Below are positions 10,659 through 20,996 of a stretch of DNA of 64,000 nt, one piece after another. A model generated the notes under the pieces. The model had not been told where the DNA came from. It ran no database searches and was given only the letters and a program-made list of their open reading frames with translations. Every line of letters starts with the position of its first letter. Positions within the stretch are counted from its first letter, which is position 1. The DNA lies in IMG/VR virus record IMGVR_UViG_3300032668_000017, positions 2,824 through 66,823 of that record. One strand, written 5' to 3'. Made by a program: the position numbers and the translations under genes. The DNA comes from a virus.

Positions 10659-12058
10659 GCTGGAACGTATTTATCGGCGTTAATCTTTGGAGCTTGTTTA
10701 GCTTTTCCAGTTCTTGCTTTTCTTACTTTATCCATCATAGCGTATAGCTTTTTAGCGCCGGCATCAGATGATCCATTACCCAAATGACTTACCACATCAG
10801 CCGGAACTACGAACTCATTATCTGCTAAGCGGGCCGGTTGTTTATCTTGTATTGTAGCGGGAATACTATCGCTCATGCCATCGCCGGGGCCTTTAAGCAT
10901 TTGACCGCCATCAGAATAAGAGCCCAAAGATTTAATTTTACCCCCCGCTGCGCTAGCAGTAGGAATTAACTGAGGTAAACCCGAAAGGCGCGCCAGCATA
11001 GCTTGTTGCTGAATTTCAGCATTAGGGTCATATGCCATACCACCATTATCAAAAGCAACAACGCCACCAGTAGCCATGTTAGCCATTTCATCACCGGTTA
11101 ATGGGTTTGTCTTTGGCTCGTATAAAGATGCGGTTGCTTGAGCACTAGTAGGCATTTGGCTTGGTGTGGCGTACGCAGAAGTATACTGTTGGCTTTGTGG
11201 GTACATACCACCGCCCATAAAGTCTACTGGCTCAGAATTTGGGTCCATTAAACCGCCGCCAGCATAACCGGGTACCATTCCACCTTGAGCTGCTTGATAG
11301 TTCGTATAAACAGGTTTATACGGTGGGTTTGGTGGGGATACTACATCTGGGCTATAGTGCTGCGGATCATATTTAAAATCAGCCAAAGAACCGCCGTTCC
11401 AATTTACCTGTGAGTCTGGTGGTGTGCCGTATTTAGCTTGGTCATTCTTCATCAAAGCCATTAAGCCAAGACCGCCCGCGCCGTACAAAGCAGCATTTGG
11501 GATACCCGAAATAAGGGAAGTGCCAGCCCCAGTACCAGCCAAAATAGAACTCGCTGCAGGTGTTAAAACTCCAGAACCAGTAGCACCGGCACCGGCAGAT
11601 AAACCAGTAGCGCCAGCGGCTCCGGCGTTAAACCCAATACCACCAGCCCCAGCAACTGTCGGCGCTGCCGACCCAGTACCAGCCAAAATAGAACTTGCTG
11701 CGGGTGTTAAAACCCCAGAACCAGTAGCACCAGCACCAGCGGATAAACCAGTAGCACCAGCACCAGCACCAGCACCAGCACCAGCACCAGCACCAACACC
11801 TAAACCAGCAGCAGCAGCGCCGCCTAAACCACCCATAAGGCCTGTTTGGACAGGATTATAGCCAAGCAAAGCCCCGCCTAATCCGCCAATACCCATGCCT
11901 GTTACACCAGCACCAAGCATAGTGGAGCCAAGAATAGTACCTTCACCTCCAAGTAAAGCGGGAGCTGCGTAAGGCGCAGCAATAGCTGTACCAGCCACTA
12001 AAGCTAGTTCTAAGGGATCGTTAAATAGGCCTCCGCCTCCTCCGCCGCCACCTGACAT
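10655..12058 (-). CDS. Gly/Ala-rich internal virion (ejection) protein
   Basis: MSGGGGGGGG start and hydrophobic Gly-rich segments; C-terminal GPGDGMSDSIPA...NEFVVPADVV motif typical of phage virion proteins. Confidence 0.7.
   Translation of the reverse strand: MSGGGGGGGGLFNDPLELALVAGTAIAAPYAAPALLGGEGTILGSTMLGAGVTGMGIGGLGGALLGYNPVQTGLMGGLGGAAAAGLGVGAGAGAGAGAGAGATGLSAGAGATGSGVLTPAASSILAGTGSAAPTVAGAGGIGFNAGAAGATGLSAGAGATGSGVLTPAASSILAGTGAGTSLISGIPNAALYGAGGLGLMALMKNDQAKYGTPPDSQVNWNGGSLADFKYDPQHYSPDVVSPPNPPYKPVYTNYQAAQGGMVPGYAGGGLMDPNSEPVDFMGGGMYPQSQQYTSAYATPSQMPTSAQATASLYEPKTNPLTGDEMANMATGGVVAFDNGGMAYDPNAEIQQQAMLARLSGLPQLIPTASAAGGKIKSLGSYSDGGQMLKGPGDGMSDSIPATIQDKQPARLADNEFVVPADVVSHLGNGSSDAGAKKLYAMMDKVRKARTGKAKQAPKINADKYVPA
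11528..11793. repeat. ~90-bp imperfect direct duplication (11528 and 11672, offset 144 nt) plus (CCAGCA)n hexamer run
   Basis: Encodes GATGLSAGAGATGSGVLTPAASSILAGTG twice and a (GA)n tract. Confidence 0.9.
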
Positions 12059-12092
12059 AATATATCCTTTACTTTTTTCCTGATTTTATCAC

Positions 12093-12395
12093 TTAAACTG
12101 CCGTTCCACTAGCGTTTATCCACTTAGTGCCGGTCCACCATATAGGCAGATTTAACGTAGTATCAAAATACTGCTGCCCAACCTGTAACTTTGACGTAGG
12201 TCTTTGATTTGTAGCCCCTGACGCAGGTACTACTGAACCTTGAGTAAAGTTATCTAGCTGTGCAAAATACAACCGTAATGCGTTATTAATCTGGTCTTGA
12301 TACCCTTGCTGATAATCCGTAGGTGCAATAGGTAAGTTAGGCGATGTTGTTGGCCTAAGCTGTCCATTATATGTTTGGTACTTTGGAATACTCAT
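12093..12395 (-). CDS. Small virion protein
   Basis: 100-aa ORF in tail operon; C-terminal GQQYFDTTLNLPIWW motif. Confidence 0.65.
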   Translation of the reverse strand: MSIPKYQTYNGQLRPTTSPNLPIAPTDYQQGYQDQINNALRLYFAQLDNFTQGSVVPASGATNQRPTSKLQVGQQYFDTTLNLPIWWTGTKWINASGTAV

Positions 12396-12401
12396 TTTAT
12401 T

Positions 12402-14507
12402 CTATCTTCTGCCATCTGGTCGAATATCTATTCTCGGCGAACCCAGCTGCCAAGCCACACCTGTACCTGAAGACTCAATTCTAAATGCCATCTGGCGCCC
12501 TCTTAGGCGGGTGTAAACCTGCCCAGTAAACTCCTGAATCGTATATTGGGGTAGTGTCGTATAGTTTTGTGAACTTTGTACTTGTGGACTATCAGCAGTA
12601 CCGTATGGTGTACCGGAGTTTTCCCGCGGTTTTACCGTCATTGTTACAGACGGCTGGTTAGTAGTAGAACCATTAAAATTAACGTCAGGCAATATTCTCC
12701 AAACAAAGCCGAAGTTGTGGCCGTCACCAATATCAAAGTCTGAGGATTGAACATAAGAGTAAATAGGTAAAGTTGCGGTTGTTGAATTGTCGTCTGTTCC
12801 ATTTTCGTGGTAGAGCAATCTGCCGTTATAGTCAGCGGCAATAGGGTAAGGCTGTGTGCCAGTTTGAGTCCAAGCAGTGCGCCCCATTGTTCCGTAGTAC
12901 CAAACGCGGTCAAGATAGTTGTAAATAACATATTTGTCAACCGCTGTACCATTACTAGACTTACTTACGTAGTACCACCACACTTCATTGAACGCTTCGT
13001 TAGCGCCAGCAAATACTTGATAGGCTTGGTCTGTATTAATATCATCAAAAATGTATTGGCGCAACGCACAAGGGAGAACCTCAACACGACCAGAATACAT
13101 ATAGAAGCGGTCTTTACCCATCCAATAAGTTACGTTGTTAATCGTAATCATCGAGTTAGGCGACATAATAGATATGTTATCCATCAAAATCTGGAAGCCC
13201 CATACATAAGGCGCGCCAATATACTGCATAGAGTAAATGGCAGAATCAGTCCATACTAAAATCTCTTGGCGGGTTGCACGAGCGCCCATAATATAAGAGC
13301 CGTTAGTTAACGTAAATTCGCCTGACTGATTAGTTACTTCTGGTACCCATTGATAGGCATTGGCTTGGTCTGACCAGCGAACTAATAAAGGATTAAATGT
13401 AGAGTTAGGCGTGCCGGGTACGTACGAGTTAGCGCCAAATGCAATAACAAACTCTTGAATAGCGGATGTAATAACTTGATAAGTTTGACTTGGTACAAAT
13501 GCACCTGAGTATGAAAAGCTATAGTTACCAGAACTAGCGCCGGTTGTTGTGTTATTAATTGTAGCTGCACCAGTTACGTTGTTAATTGATAATACATAAG
13601 TTCCTGCTGGTATGCCTGAGCCTGTAATGTAAGAATATGGGTATACGTAGGGGGCATTAGCGGATGTAACAGCTATTGAAGTAGAACCAGAGCTAAACGT
13701 CGTAGCATCTGTAAGAAGAGTTGTAGTGTTAGCTAAGTTTTTTAAATATTGGGCACGAGTGCCTACGCCACCAGAATCTTGCCAATAAAAAATAGGGCCA
13801 CCGCGAGGGGCAATAACAAGGTCTGCCCCAAAGTTATCATTAGACCAAAGGCGTAGCTGTTCTCCAATACCAGCATCGTATGATGACCCCCATGTTCCAC
13901 GACTCCAAGGACCTGCACCCCAGCCAGTACCGATACTGTAAACATCAAGACCGCTAGGGTACTCATAAGCTGCAGTTACAGTACCACCGCCAGTTGCCGA
14001 TGTTGCTGGGCTTGTAATAGTAATTGTGTAAGTTGTAGCAGACACAACTGAAGTGACTTTATAGTCGCCGCTAATAGTTACGCCACCAACAGCAGAACCG
14101 CCAGAAAAGGTAACATAGTCACCAGCACTGGGGTTATATGATGCGTCTGTAACTAAAACCGTGTAAGCGTTACCGCCATAGTTAGTGGTAAATGGGTTTG
14201 TTAAAGTATCAGTTTGTACAATAGGTGTGATGTCGTTATAAACACCACCAGAGTAAATATAGTACTTATTACTTGTACCTAACCCGATATAGGTATTACC
14301 TGCTCCAGCATCAGCGTTTAACCAAACCCATAATGAACGGCAAACACCGTTAAATTGATTATTAGATACTTGAGTCCAGCCGCCAATCTTTTCTGGAAAG
14401 CCAGAACGAAAACGTACCTTATCACCGTCGTACCAGCCGCCCTCGTTTGAGTAGTCTGTGCCTTCGCGGTTTAAACCGGGTCTAAATTGTAGTTTTTGTA
14501 GTGGCAT
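12402..14507 (-). CDS. Tail tube/hub (packaged-DNA stabilisation, P22 gp10-like) protein
   Basis: 701 aa, beta-rich; MPLQKLQFRPG start, VRWSDQ, and RLRGRQ...DGRR end; lies just before the ejection genes. Confidence 0.7.
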   Translation of the reverse strand: MPLQKLQFRPGLNREGTDYSNEGGWYDGDKVRFRSGFPEKIGGWTQVSNNQFNGVCRSLWVWLNADAGAGNTYIGLGTSNKYYIYSGGVYNDITPIVQTDTLTNPFTTNYGGNAYTVLVTDASYNPSAGDYVTFSGGSAVGGVTISGDYKVTSVVSATTYTITITSPATSATGGGTVTAAYEYPSGLDVYSIGTGWGAGPWSRGTWGSSYDAGIGEQLRLWSNDNFGADLVIAPRGGPIFYWQDSGGVGTRAQYLKNLANTTTLLTDATTFSSGSTSIAVTSANAPYVYPYSYITGSGIPAGTYVLSINNVTGAATINNTTTGASSGNYSFSYSGAFVPSQTYQVITSAIQEFVIAFGANSYVPGTPNSTFNPLLVRWSDQANAYQWVPEVTNQSGEFTLTNGSYIMGARATRQEILVWTDSAIYSMQYIGAPYVWGFQILMDNISIMSPNSMITINNVTYWMGKDRFYMYSGRVEVLPCALRQYIFDDINTDQAYQVFAGANEAFNEVWWYYVSKSSNGTAVDKYVIYNYLDRVWYYGTMGRTAWTQTGTQPYPIAADYNGRLLYHENGTDDNSTTATLPIYSYVQSSDFDIGDGHNFGFVWRILPDVNFNGSTTNQPSVTMTVKPRENSGTPYGTADSPQVQSSQNYTTLPQYTIQEFTGQVYTRLRGRQMAFRIESSGTGVAWQLGSPRIDIRPDGRR

Positions 14508-15100
14508 TAGTAATTATCCAGTATCTCTTTTGCTGCATCAATTTTAGCAATTCTATCGGCTAAACCCAATAACCCGCCGTTAATTCTTTTGGTCATCTCA
14601 GGGTAATCCCGCTTATCCGCTAAATCATTTAACCCCCGCTTACCCCAAAACCACCCCGCACTTAAAGCCGCATACTTTGGCTGTATTAAAAGTTCTGGAT
14701 TATCAATAAAACTAAATCCTAAAGCTGCACCGCAAGCGGTGTATAAATCTCTACCTGTTAGCTGAATAATGCCGCGTCCATGATAAGCCCATCCATCACC
14801 TTCTTCTGTATTTCCCAACCGTCCTGCATACACTTTATTAGCGATTTTCTCTGGATTTTGTGCAAATTGTTCAGCCACATCTCTACTAGGAAATCTTGAG
14901 GGCCATGTACGCATAAGTCCATCGGCAGAGTAATAAAGGTCCTCTTCCAAAGTTCTAAAGTTTCTTGACTCATGTTGGCACTGTCCTATAAAAGCTGCTT
15001 GTCTTTGTGTTGTCGATATGTTGTACTTAATAAATGTATCAGTTAAAGGCTTAAACCACTCTTCACCTATACCCAGTTTTTCTAGTTGCTGCGGACTCAT
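14507..15100 (-). CDS. Endolysin, glycoside hydrolase family 19
   Basis: AAFIGQCQHES, GDGWAYHGRGIIQLTGR and TKRINGG motifs. Confidence 0.9.
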   Translation of the reverse strand: MSPQQLEKLGIGEEWFKPLTDTFIKYNISTTQRQAAFIGQCQHESRNFRTLEEDLYYSADGLMRTWPSRFPSRDVAEQFAQNPEKIANKVYAGRLGNTEEGDGWAYHGRGIIQLTGRDLYTACGAALGFSFIDNPELLIQPKYAALSAGWFWGKRGLNDLADKRDYPEMTKRINGGLLGLADRIAKIDAAKEILDNY

Positions 15101-15528
15101 TTAATACTCAACTGCTCGGTAATCCATTGCTGAAGCGTTACTGCTTGGAGGGTTGTGGCTGCGCAATCTGAAGCAAGTTGATTGTAGGCGGCGATTGCAT
15201 CAGAGAGCTTGGAGGTTGAGGAAATGCCGGACATTGGACTGGTACCTGACTGGCGCACCCCGTTAGCATAATACTGGCGCAACATAGCAAGTTTCGCATC
15301 ATATTCATCTTGTATTCCTTTAGTAACTATTTCTTGTTGTTTCTTGATTGATTCGTTTTCCGCAAGTTGTTTCTCGACGACAGCTTGTTGCTCAAGTTTG
15401 TATACAGTAAAGTCCCTATCACGAGTATGCCAGCCAGCAAAAAACACGCCGCATACAAGTACAACAAGTAGACCAACTTTGATTGCAGTTCCATAGCTAG
15501 AAAAAAATCCTGTAAACAAACTCCACAT
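15097..15528 (-). CDS. Rz-like spanin
   Basis: N-terminal TM segment then coiled coil; adjacent to endolysin. Confidence 0.6.
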   Translation of the reverse strand: MWSLFTGFFSSYGTAIKVGLLVVLVCGVFFAGWHTRDRDFTVYKLEQQAVVEKQLAENESIKKQQEIVTKGIQDEYDAKLAMLRQYYANGVRQSGTSPMSGISSTSKLSDAIAAYNQLASDCAATTLQAVTLQQWITEQLSIK

Positions 15529-15758
15529 TATTGTTCCTCTGGCTCAGTGCCTTTTTTCATCATCAACCCAAAACCATGGGCTCCGACAAGTGCTGCTGAA
15601 CCTAAATAAAACTTTTCAATATCGAATAATCCAGTATGCACGGCATTAAACACTAAGCCAGCAGTAAGCGTCAAAATAGAATACAGCAACGACCAACGCA
15701 CTAAATCATGCGTTTGGTTATCTTTTCCAGTAAGAAGGTCGTTAATAATTTTGTTCAT
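15528..15758 (-). CDS. Putative holin
   Basis: 76 aa with two hydrophobic segments and a charged C-terminus, in lysis cluster. Confidence 0.55.
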   Translation of the reverse strand: MNKIINDLLTGKDNQTHDLVRWSLLYSILTLTAGLVFNAVHTGLFDIEKFYLGSAALVGAHGFGLMMKKGTEPEEQ

Positions 15759-16867
15759 TAGGTTTTGATAATGAAGTTAATACCGAGGTATGGAGAAATA
15801 GTAGTTGCTGCAGTGCCAGAACCTGTGTTGCCAATAGAAACCGAAATCCCAGTGACCGCACTATCAGTTGTGCCTGTATAAAAACCAGTTGGATTACCGC
15901 CACCAGCACCACCAGAGCCAGCATAACCCCAAGCAAGATAGTTATGGGCGTGGCCCGGGTCACTTACCGAAGCACTATGGTTGTGAGCTGGTAAGTTAGC
16001 TGTGCTTAAAGTTGTTGTTGCAGAACCACCAGAAGAACCAATAGAAGCAGCAATAGTACCAGCACCAATAGGCATTCTATCGGTATAGTTTGGTAAGTTA
16101 AATGTAGTAGACCCGTCACCAGTACCAAAAGTTGTACCAAGAACACTAAACAACGCAGAATAAGTAGTACGAGAAACTGCCGAGCCATCACAATTTAAAT
16201 ACCCGCTAGGGGCGCTAGTTGTGGGCCACATTAATAAAGAGCCAGTTAAAACTGCATTTTGTGCTACGAAAGCTGTAGTTGCTATTTTGGTTGAATTATC
16301 CCCCGTTGTTGGGGTTGTAGAAGTGCCCCCGCCATTAAGTGCAGCAGCGCCTGTAAATGTAGAAACTCCGGTAACTCCTAAAGTACCGCCAATAGACATA
16401 CTCCCCGCATCGGTTAAACCAGAAGCAGTTAAAGTTCCATTTACAACAAAGTTACCTGCAGAACCTGTTTGGGCGGAATAAAAATTTGTACCATCTGTAT
16501 ATACTTGAGCAGTAACGCCATTAGGGATAGTTACAATAGAACCAGTAGAAGCGCCAATAGTAATAGCATATCCGCCTGTAGTTTGGTTAGATATGACGTA
16601 CATCTTAGGCTGATTTAAGGGCGCAACAACTTGGTAAATTCCTGAGTTTGTACCCTGAACAACGAGCACCATGTTGCGGGCTTCGTCAGAAACGCCATTA
16701 AGATTTGTCAACGTATAGTTGGCATTAGACATAGTAATGGTTTGAACACCTGCCACCGCCTGTTCAATTAGGGTCCAGTTAGTATTAGTGGTTGTACCCC
16801 AAACGCCCGATTGTTCGCCGTTGCCAATTTCTTGGATTTTTAACGAAGTTGTGTATGTAGATGCCAT
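15758..16867 (-). CDS. Tail fibre protein with phage tail collar domain
   Basis: APSGYLNCDGSAVSRTTYSALF...GDGSTTFNLP; C-terminal PYLGINFIIKT. Confidence 0.85.
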   Translation of the reverse strand: MASTYTTSLKIQEIGNGEQSGVWGTTTNTNWTLIEQAVAGVQTITMSNANYTLTNLNGVSDEARNMVLVVQGTNSGIYQVVAPLNQPKMYVISNQTTGGYAITIGASTGSIVTIPNGVTAQVYTDGTNFYSAQTGSAGNFVVNGTLTASGLTDAGSMSIGGTLGVTGVSTFTGAAALNGGGTSTTPTTGDNSTKIATTAFVAQNAVLTGSLLMWPTTSAPSGYLNCDGSAVSRTTYSALFSVLGTTFGTGDGSTTFNLPNYTDRMPIGAGTIAASIGSSGGSATTTLSTANLPAHNHSASVSDPGHAHNYLAWGYAGSGGAGGGNPTGFYTGTTDSAVTGISVSIGNTGSGTAATTISPYLGINFIIKT

Positions 16868-16870
16868 GTT

Positions 16871-17773
16871 TTATCCTTGAGTATCATTTACCATAACCCA
16901 GTTAGGGTTTTGTGCATTGCCAATATTAGTCCAAGTTATTGAATTTGTGTTGTTTACTGGGTTAAACGTAATAGTGCTGCCGTCATTAATCTGGAACCAG
17001 CCCGTAAATACGTTTGAGTCTAGCCATACCACATTTTCATAAATACTTACATTATAGTTGGCTTGGACGCTATTGGCATCATTAAATATTACATTTTCCA
17101 AGACGTTGTAAAAATGGTTTGCCGTAGCGGTTTGGGTTGAGGCAAAAGAGGCTGGTTCACTAATAGTGTCATAGAAAACTGACTGGGTTGTGTTGGAATC
17201 GGCTAAATTAAGGTTTTCCGTAATAGAATCCAAGAAGGTAGACCGCGCGCTATTAGCATCGGCAAAAGTAAATCCTTCGCTAATTGCCTCTTGGAAAATA
17301 CCTGCCTCACTAATAATATCCCCAAATACAAAGTTTTCTGTAATAGAATCAAGTAACGCCGCTGTACTTGTTGGGGTATCGGCTAGATTAAAGTTTTCTG
17401 AACGGGATGCAGCAAATGCAGCCGCAATAGATGGGGTATCGGCTAAATTAAAGTTTTCGGCTATAGACTCGGCAAACTGAGCGGCAATAGATGCTGAATC
17501 AGCAAAACTAAAGTTTTCGGTTCTAGAAGTTGAGAATTGACCCGTAATTGTGGGTGTGTCGGCCAAGCTAAAGTTTTCTGATACTGACCCTAGGATTGCT
17601 GCTGTTATTGAGGCACTATCCGCATATTGGGCATCTTCGGTTACAGACTGGGCAAACTGGGCAGCTAGCGTTGCGGCGTCAGCAAAGTTCAAATTCTCCG
17701 TAGCAGCCAATACATAAGCATTACCGCCAAGAGCAGCAAAAGGAGATTGAGCAAAGGCTGCGTATCCGAACAT
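16871..17773 (-). CDS. Acidic 20-aa-repeat virion protein
   Basis: About 12 repeats of ENFxxAD at 20-aa period; no lysine residues. Confidence 0.75.
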   Translation of the reverse strand: MFGYAAFAQSPFAALGGNAYVLAATENLNFADAATLAAQFAQSVTEDAQYADSASITAAILGSVSENFSLADTPTITGQFSTSRTENFSFADSASIAAQFAESIAENFNLADTPSIAAAFAASRSENFNLADTPTSTAALLDSITENFVFGDIISEAGIFQEAISEGFTFADANSARSTFLDSITENLNLADSNTTQSVFYDTISEPASFASTQTATANHFYNVLENVIFNDANSVQANYNVSIYENVVWLDSNVFTGWFQINDGSTITFNPVNNTNSITWTNIGNAQNPNWVMVNDTQG

Positions 17774-18021
17774 TATCCGACTAAAGCCTTAATTTCATCT
17801 GCAGTTAAACCAAGTGCAGTTAGTTTGGCTAATGCAGAAGCCTTTGCAGTTGCTTGTGCTGTTTCTTTTGCTGTTTCTGCTGCTTGTAATTCAGCTAATT
17901 TTGCTTGTGCTTGTGCCATATCATAAGACACTTCTTGTTCATTTACATCATAAGCAATATTGTTGCGAAATGAAATAACATCAGAGTTTAAAAAACAAAT
18001 GGCTTCAAAAATAGTAATCAT
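17773..18021 (-). CDS. Small tail-fibre assembly/chaperone-like protein (82 aa)
   Basis: ATG at 18021 overlaps the stop of the upstream gene (ATGA); C-terminal ASALAKLTALGLTADEIKAL. Confidence 0.6.
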   Translation of the reverse strand: MITIFEAICFLNSDVISFRNNIAYDVNEQEVSYDMAQAQAKLAELQAAETAKETAQATAKASALAKLTALGLTADEIKALVG

Positions 18022-18455
18022 TGTGCTATTTCCATTAAAGTAATTGTATTTAAAACTGAATCTCCAAAAACATAATTTGTTCCAGCAGCAGCTCTTTGAT
18101 ATAAAGTATATGTAGTAGATGAAGTTGTGGCTGGCGAATCTAAATAACAAATGTTTGAAGTTGACCAATTTGCTGCATTACATTCTATAAAACCGTTTGC
18201 TGGGCCAATATTAGAACCACTACGATAAATTGTTATAAAACCAGCACTACTACTTTGATAAACAGCAAGTTGCACAATAATTAAAATTTTACTTGTTGAA
18301 AACAAAGGTGTAATTGAAGCAGAAAAACCTGTAGTTACAAATGAATTGCTAGTTGTAGATGAATAAGTTCCAGCATCATTATATGTAGCTTGAACTACTT
18401 GCACCACTTTTCCTGTGCCCGTTAGCATTCCCGGTTGTACGGTAGTTAAACTCAT
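18018..18455 (-). CDS. Short receptor-binding/tail module (type C)
   Basis: GKVVQVVQ...SITP...SKILI...[11 protein letters not shown]...ITLMEIA, a beta-sandwich tail-tip pattern. Confidence 0.7.
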   Translation of the reverse strand: MSLTTVQPGMLTGTGKVVQVVQATYNDAGTYSSTTSNSFVTTGFSASITPLFSTSKILIIVQLAVYQSSSAGFITIYRSGSNIGPANGFIECNAANWSTSNICYLDSPATTSSTTYTLYQRAAAGTNYVFGDSVLNTITLMEIAQ

Positions 18456-18610
18456 TGCGCAGCCTCCGGTGTATTACCTTCTGCAAGCCAAGCTAGGTAT
18501 TGTTGGTAATCGGTGTTGTCTGGGTCGAATGGGATGCAAGCACCGTCTGATGTACGAATGATGCAATTTGATATTGGGTTAAGAATATCTGGTGTTATTA
18601 ACTTATACAT
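18452..18610 (-). CDS. Small fibre chaperone type a (52 aa, MYKL...[16 protein letters not shown])
   Basis: Translated by hand; paralog of 21548-21718; overlaps neighbouring start/stop. Confidence 0.75.
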   Translation of the reverse strand: MYKLITPDILNPISNCIIRTSDGACIPFDPDNTDYQQYLAWLAEGNTPEAAQ

Positions 18611-19705
18611 TTATAGCTCCGCAGAAAACGCTAAATAGGCAGTAACATCGCCATTACCCGTAAATCCAGTGTTTTGTCCTGTGGTCATAACGGCGCTTGA
18701 AGCATCAATCCCAAAATATCCATTAGACAAGCCCATTTGTGAGTTACCAAAAACTGAAAAACTAATTACATTTATACCACCATACACAATCCGATTATTT
18801 CCTCCAGCAGACAAAGTAGGAAATGTTCGCATAGAAACTGGAAGTATTACAAAAACATAAGCTCTTGTTGCTGTACCAGCGTACCCATTTCCATATCCAG
18901 CATATCCACCATTATTATCGTTTGCACTTAATTTTGAATAATAACGCTGACACAACGCTAACTCAGTACCATAGCTACGATACTCAAAGTTTGTTGCTGT
19001 AGTGCCGATTTCAAGCTGGACGCCGGTGATGTAGAAGGTTGCTCCGTTTGTGCCTACTACGGATGTTGCACCTGTTGCACCACGATAATCGCCTGATTGC
19101 CATGAGCCAGCAGTAGCTGAATAAGTTGAACCAACACCAAGACCTAAAAATACAGAAAGTCCTCTACCATTTGTTGTTAGCCAAGTTCCTGTTGTGCTTC
19201 CAGCAATAGTTACAGAAATAGAAGTCCAAGTATTAGCTACTGGAATAGAATATGTAAATGGATAAGACTGTGTTCTAGCATTGTTTTGTAACGCACCGCC
19301 AAAAGTTCCAGTTAATGAAGAATAAACTTGAAACGATAGGGTAACTGTTTTAGCATTAGCAGTTCCAAAGCCTAAATCAGCAACATTAAAACCTTCAATA
19401 TATTGGGCAATATTAAATAAATCACCGCTACCAACAGAATATGCAGAAGTGGATGTAACTCCAAGATAATTTGTAAATCCTACTGGCGGTGTTACTGGAC
19501 CAGCGTTTTGTTGAATAGTTACTTTTGAGTTTTGAGTTGCATCGTAAAGCCAGCGGTCAAGAGTATAACTACCAGCGATAGAGCCTGAATATTGAGCACC
19601 AGCATTTCTTTGGTCAATAACCATCGCACCATTAATAATGCGATTTTTCCACGCAGTGCTAACTCCAGCAGAGCCTAACTGAGAAAGGATGTTTGATGTT
19701 GTCAT
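18611..19705 (-). CDS. Receptor-binding/tail fibre module type A (carbohydrate-binding-like)
   Basis: KNRIINGAMVIDQRN...TLDRW...FYITGVQLE...ELALCQRYY...SAEL; paralog of 21719-23062. Confidence 0.75.
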   Translation of the reverse strand: MTTSNILSQLGSAGVSTAWKNRIINGAMVIDQRNAGAQYSGSIAGSYTLDRWLYDATQNSKVTIQQNAGPVTPPVGFTNYLGVTSTSAYSVGSGDLFNIAQYIEGFNVADLGFGTANAKTVTLSFQVYSSLTGTFGGALQNNARTQSYPFTYSIPVANTWTSISVTIAGSTTGTWLTTNGRGLSVFLGLGVGSTYSATAGSWQSGDYRGATGATSVVGTNGATFYITGVQLEIGTTATNFEYRSYGTELALCQRYYSKLSANDNNGGYAGYGNGYAGTATRAYVFVILPVSMRTFPTLSAGGNNRIVYGGINVISFSVFGNSQMGLSNGYFGIDASSAVMTTGQNTGFTGNGDVTAYLAFSAEL

Positions 19706-19863
19706 TTAAGTTGGTCTTCCGTAGGTCTAGCAAGAGTTGGGTGTTCCCATTTAGCAATGTAATCGCCTTTGCCGTCTGAATCGTTTTGCAAAGTAATGAC
19801 AGTCAAAAAGTCTTTATCTTCAAGGTTTGGGTAAATTGTTTTAATTTTTTCAAATAATGTCAT
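19702..19863 (-). CDS. Small fibre chaperone type b (XkdW-like, 53 aa)
   Basis: MTLFEKIK...LQNDSDGKGDYIAKWEHPTLARPT; paralog of 20893-21054. Confidence 0.75.
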   Translation of the reverse strand: MTLFEKIKTIYPNLEDKDFLTVITLQNDSDGKGDYIAKWEHPTLARPTEDQLK

Positions 19864-20996
19864 TTTATGCCGCCCTTACCAAAAAGCCTTGAAAGTTAGA
19901 TTGTGTAGAAGTTCCTCTAAAAACGGGACTTGTTGCATTAAAATTTCCATAACATTCAACATAATCAGTTGTTCCATTGCAATATATTAAATACACACCT
20001 AAAGCTGAACTAGAACTACCCCCTGATGTGATTTGTTGCACTTCATATTGAACACTTGACCCATTTTTATAAAATGCAATGCCTTGGACAACTGGATTTG
20101 TAGAAGCATCAACAGTTATTTGGGCATTAAACATATAATACCCAGCAACATTTGGAGTAAATCTATATGTTGATGTATTAAAGCAAGAAGCTGTATCAAA
20201 TTGTTTGGTATCAAATTGTGCTTTTGTCCATGTTGAACTTGTTACAGATTGGTTACTAGACATATAAGCACTAAACGCTGGCATATTACCGCTAACCATT
20301 ACTGTGCCAGTAGCGCTGGGGAATGTGGCTGTATTGCTACCCGGTGTATTTAAAGTAGTAATTGTGCCAAGATATGAATTGGCTACAGAATTTGCCGTTG
20401 CAGGAATAGCATTTAATACGCTAGACACATAGAAGCTTTCGGTGATAATTAAATCGCCAGCCGTTGCGCCCGTAGTCAAAACCACAGTAGTACCATTAGT
20501 CGCAGTATAGTCGGCAGAGCCTAGCAAAACACCATTACGATAGACTTGAATAAATCCCACTGTATAAGATGGCGGGGTAAATGTAGTCTGTCCTGCGGTT
20601 GCAGTAAATTCGGTCTGGGTGCGGTAGGCTGTGGTCGTTACGCCAGATGCTGGGATACCAAGATAGCGGGCTGAAATGTTGCCTGTACCAGTTGGAGGCG
20701 CAGCTGAGAATGTTAGGGTCGTGCCTGAGACAGAGTAGGTTGATGGGTCTTGAACTACACCAGAGATTGCTACGAGAACTGAGGCCGTATTAGCTGGCGC
20801 TACAGAAGTAGTAAAGGCGGTTGTAGACCCGTTGCCACTAAATGTGTCTACAAGGAAGGCTACTTGAGAAGGCGATTGTCCGATATATGGCATTACGCTA
20901 ATTGCTCCGCAGTTGGTCTAGCAAGAGTTGGGTGTTCCCATTTAGCAATGTAATCGCCTTTGCCGTCTGAATCGTTTTGCAAAGTAATGACAGTCA
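19724..20996. repeat. 82-bp perfect direct repeat (19724-19805 and 20915-20996)
   Basis: GGTCTAGCAAGAG...GTAATGACAGTCA is identical at both positions. Confidence 0.95.
19865..20893 (-). CDS. Tail fibre with C1q/TNF-like head domain (type B, long anchor)
   Basis: N-terminal FSGNGSTTAFT anchor shared with 21719-23062; head MPAFSAY...YRFTPNVAGYY...NGTTDYVE. Confidence 0.75.
   Translation of the reverse strand: MPYIGQSPSQVAFLVDTFSGNGSTTAFTTSVAPANTASVLVAISGVVQDPSTYSVSGTTLTFSAAPPTGTGNISARYLGIPASGVTTTAYRTQTEFTATAGQTTFTPPSYTVGFIQVYRNGVLLGSADYTATNGTTVVLTTGATAGDLIITESFYVSSVLNAIPATANSVANSYLGTITTLNTPGSNTATFPSATGTVMVSGNMPAFSAYMSSNQSVTSSTWTKAQFDTKQFDTASCFNTSTYRFTPNVAGYYMFNAQITVDASTNPVVQGIAFYKNGSSVQYEVQQITSGGSSSSALGVYLIYCNGTTDYVECYGNFNATSPVFRGTSTQSNFQGFLVRAA

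Noticed and set aside
11424-11861. Plus-strand Pro/Ala-rich ORF
   Set aside because: It is the mirror of the Gly/Ala repeat region of the minus-strand gene
18022-18168. N-terminal extension of ORF 17773-18168
   Set aside because: It overlaps gene 18018-18455 out of frame; the ATGA-coupled start at 18021 is more plausible
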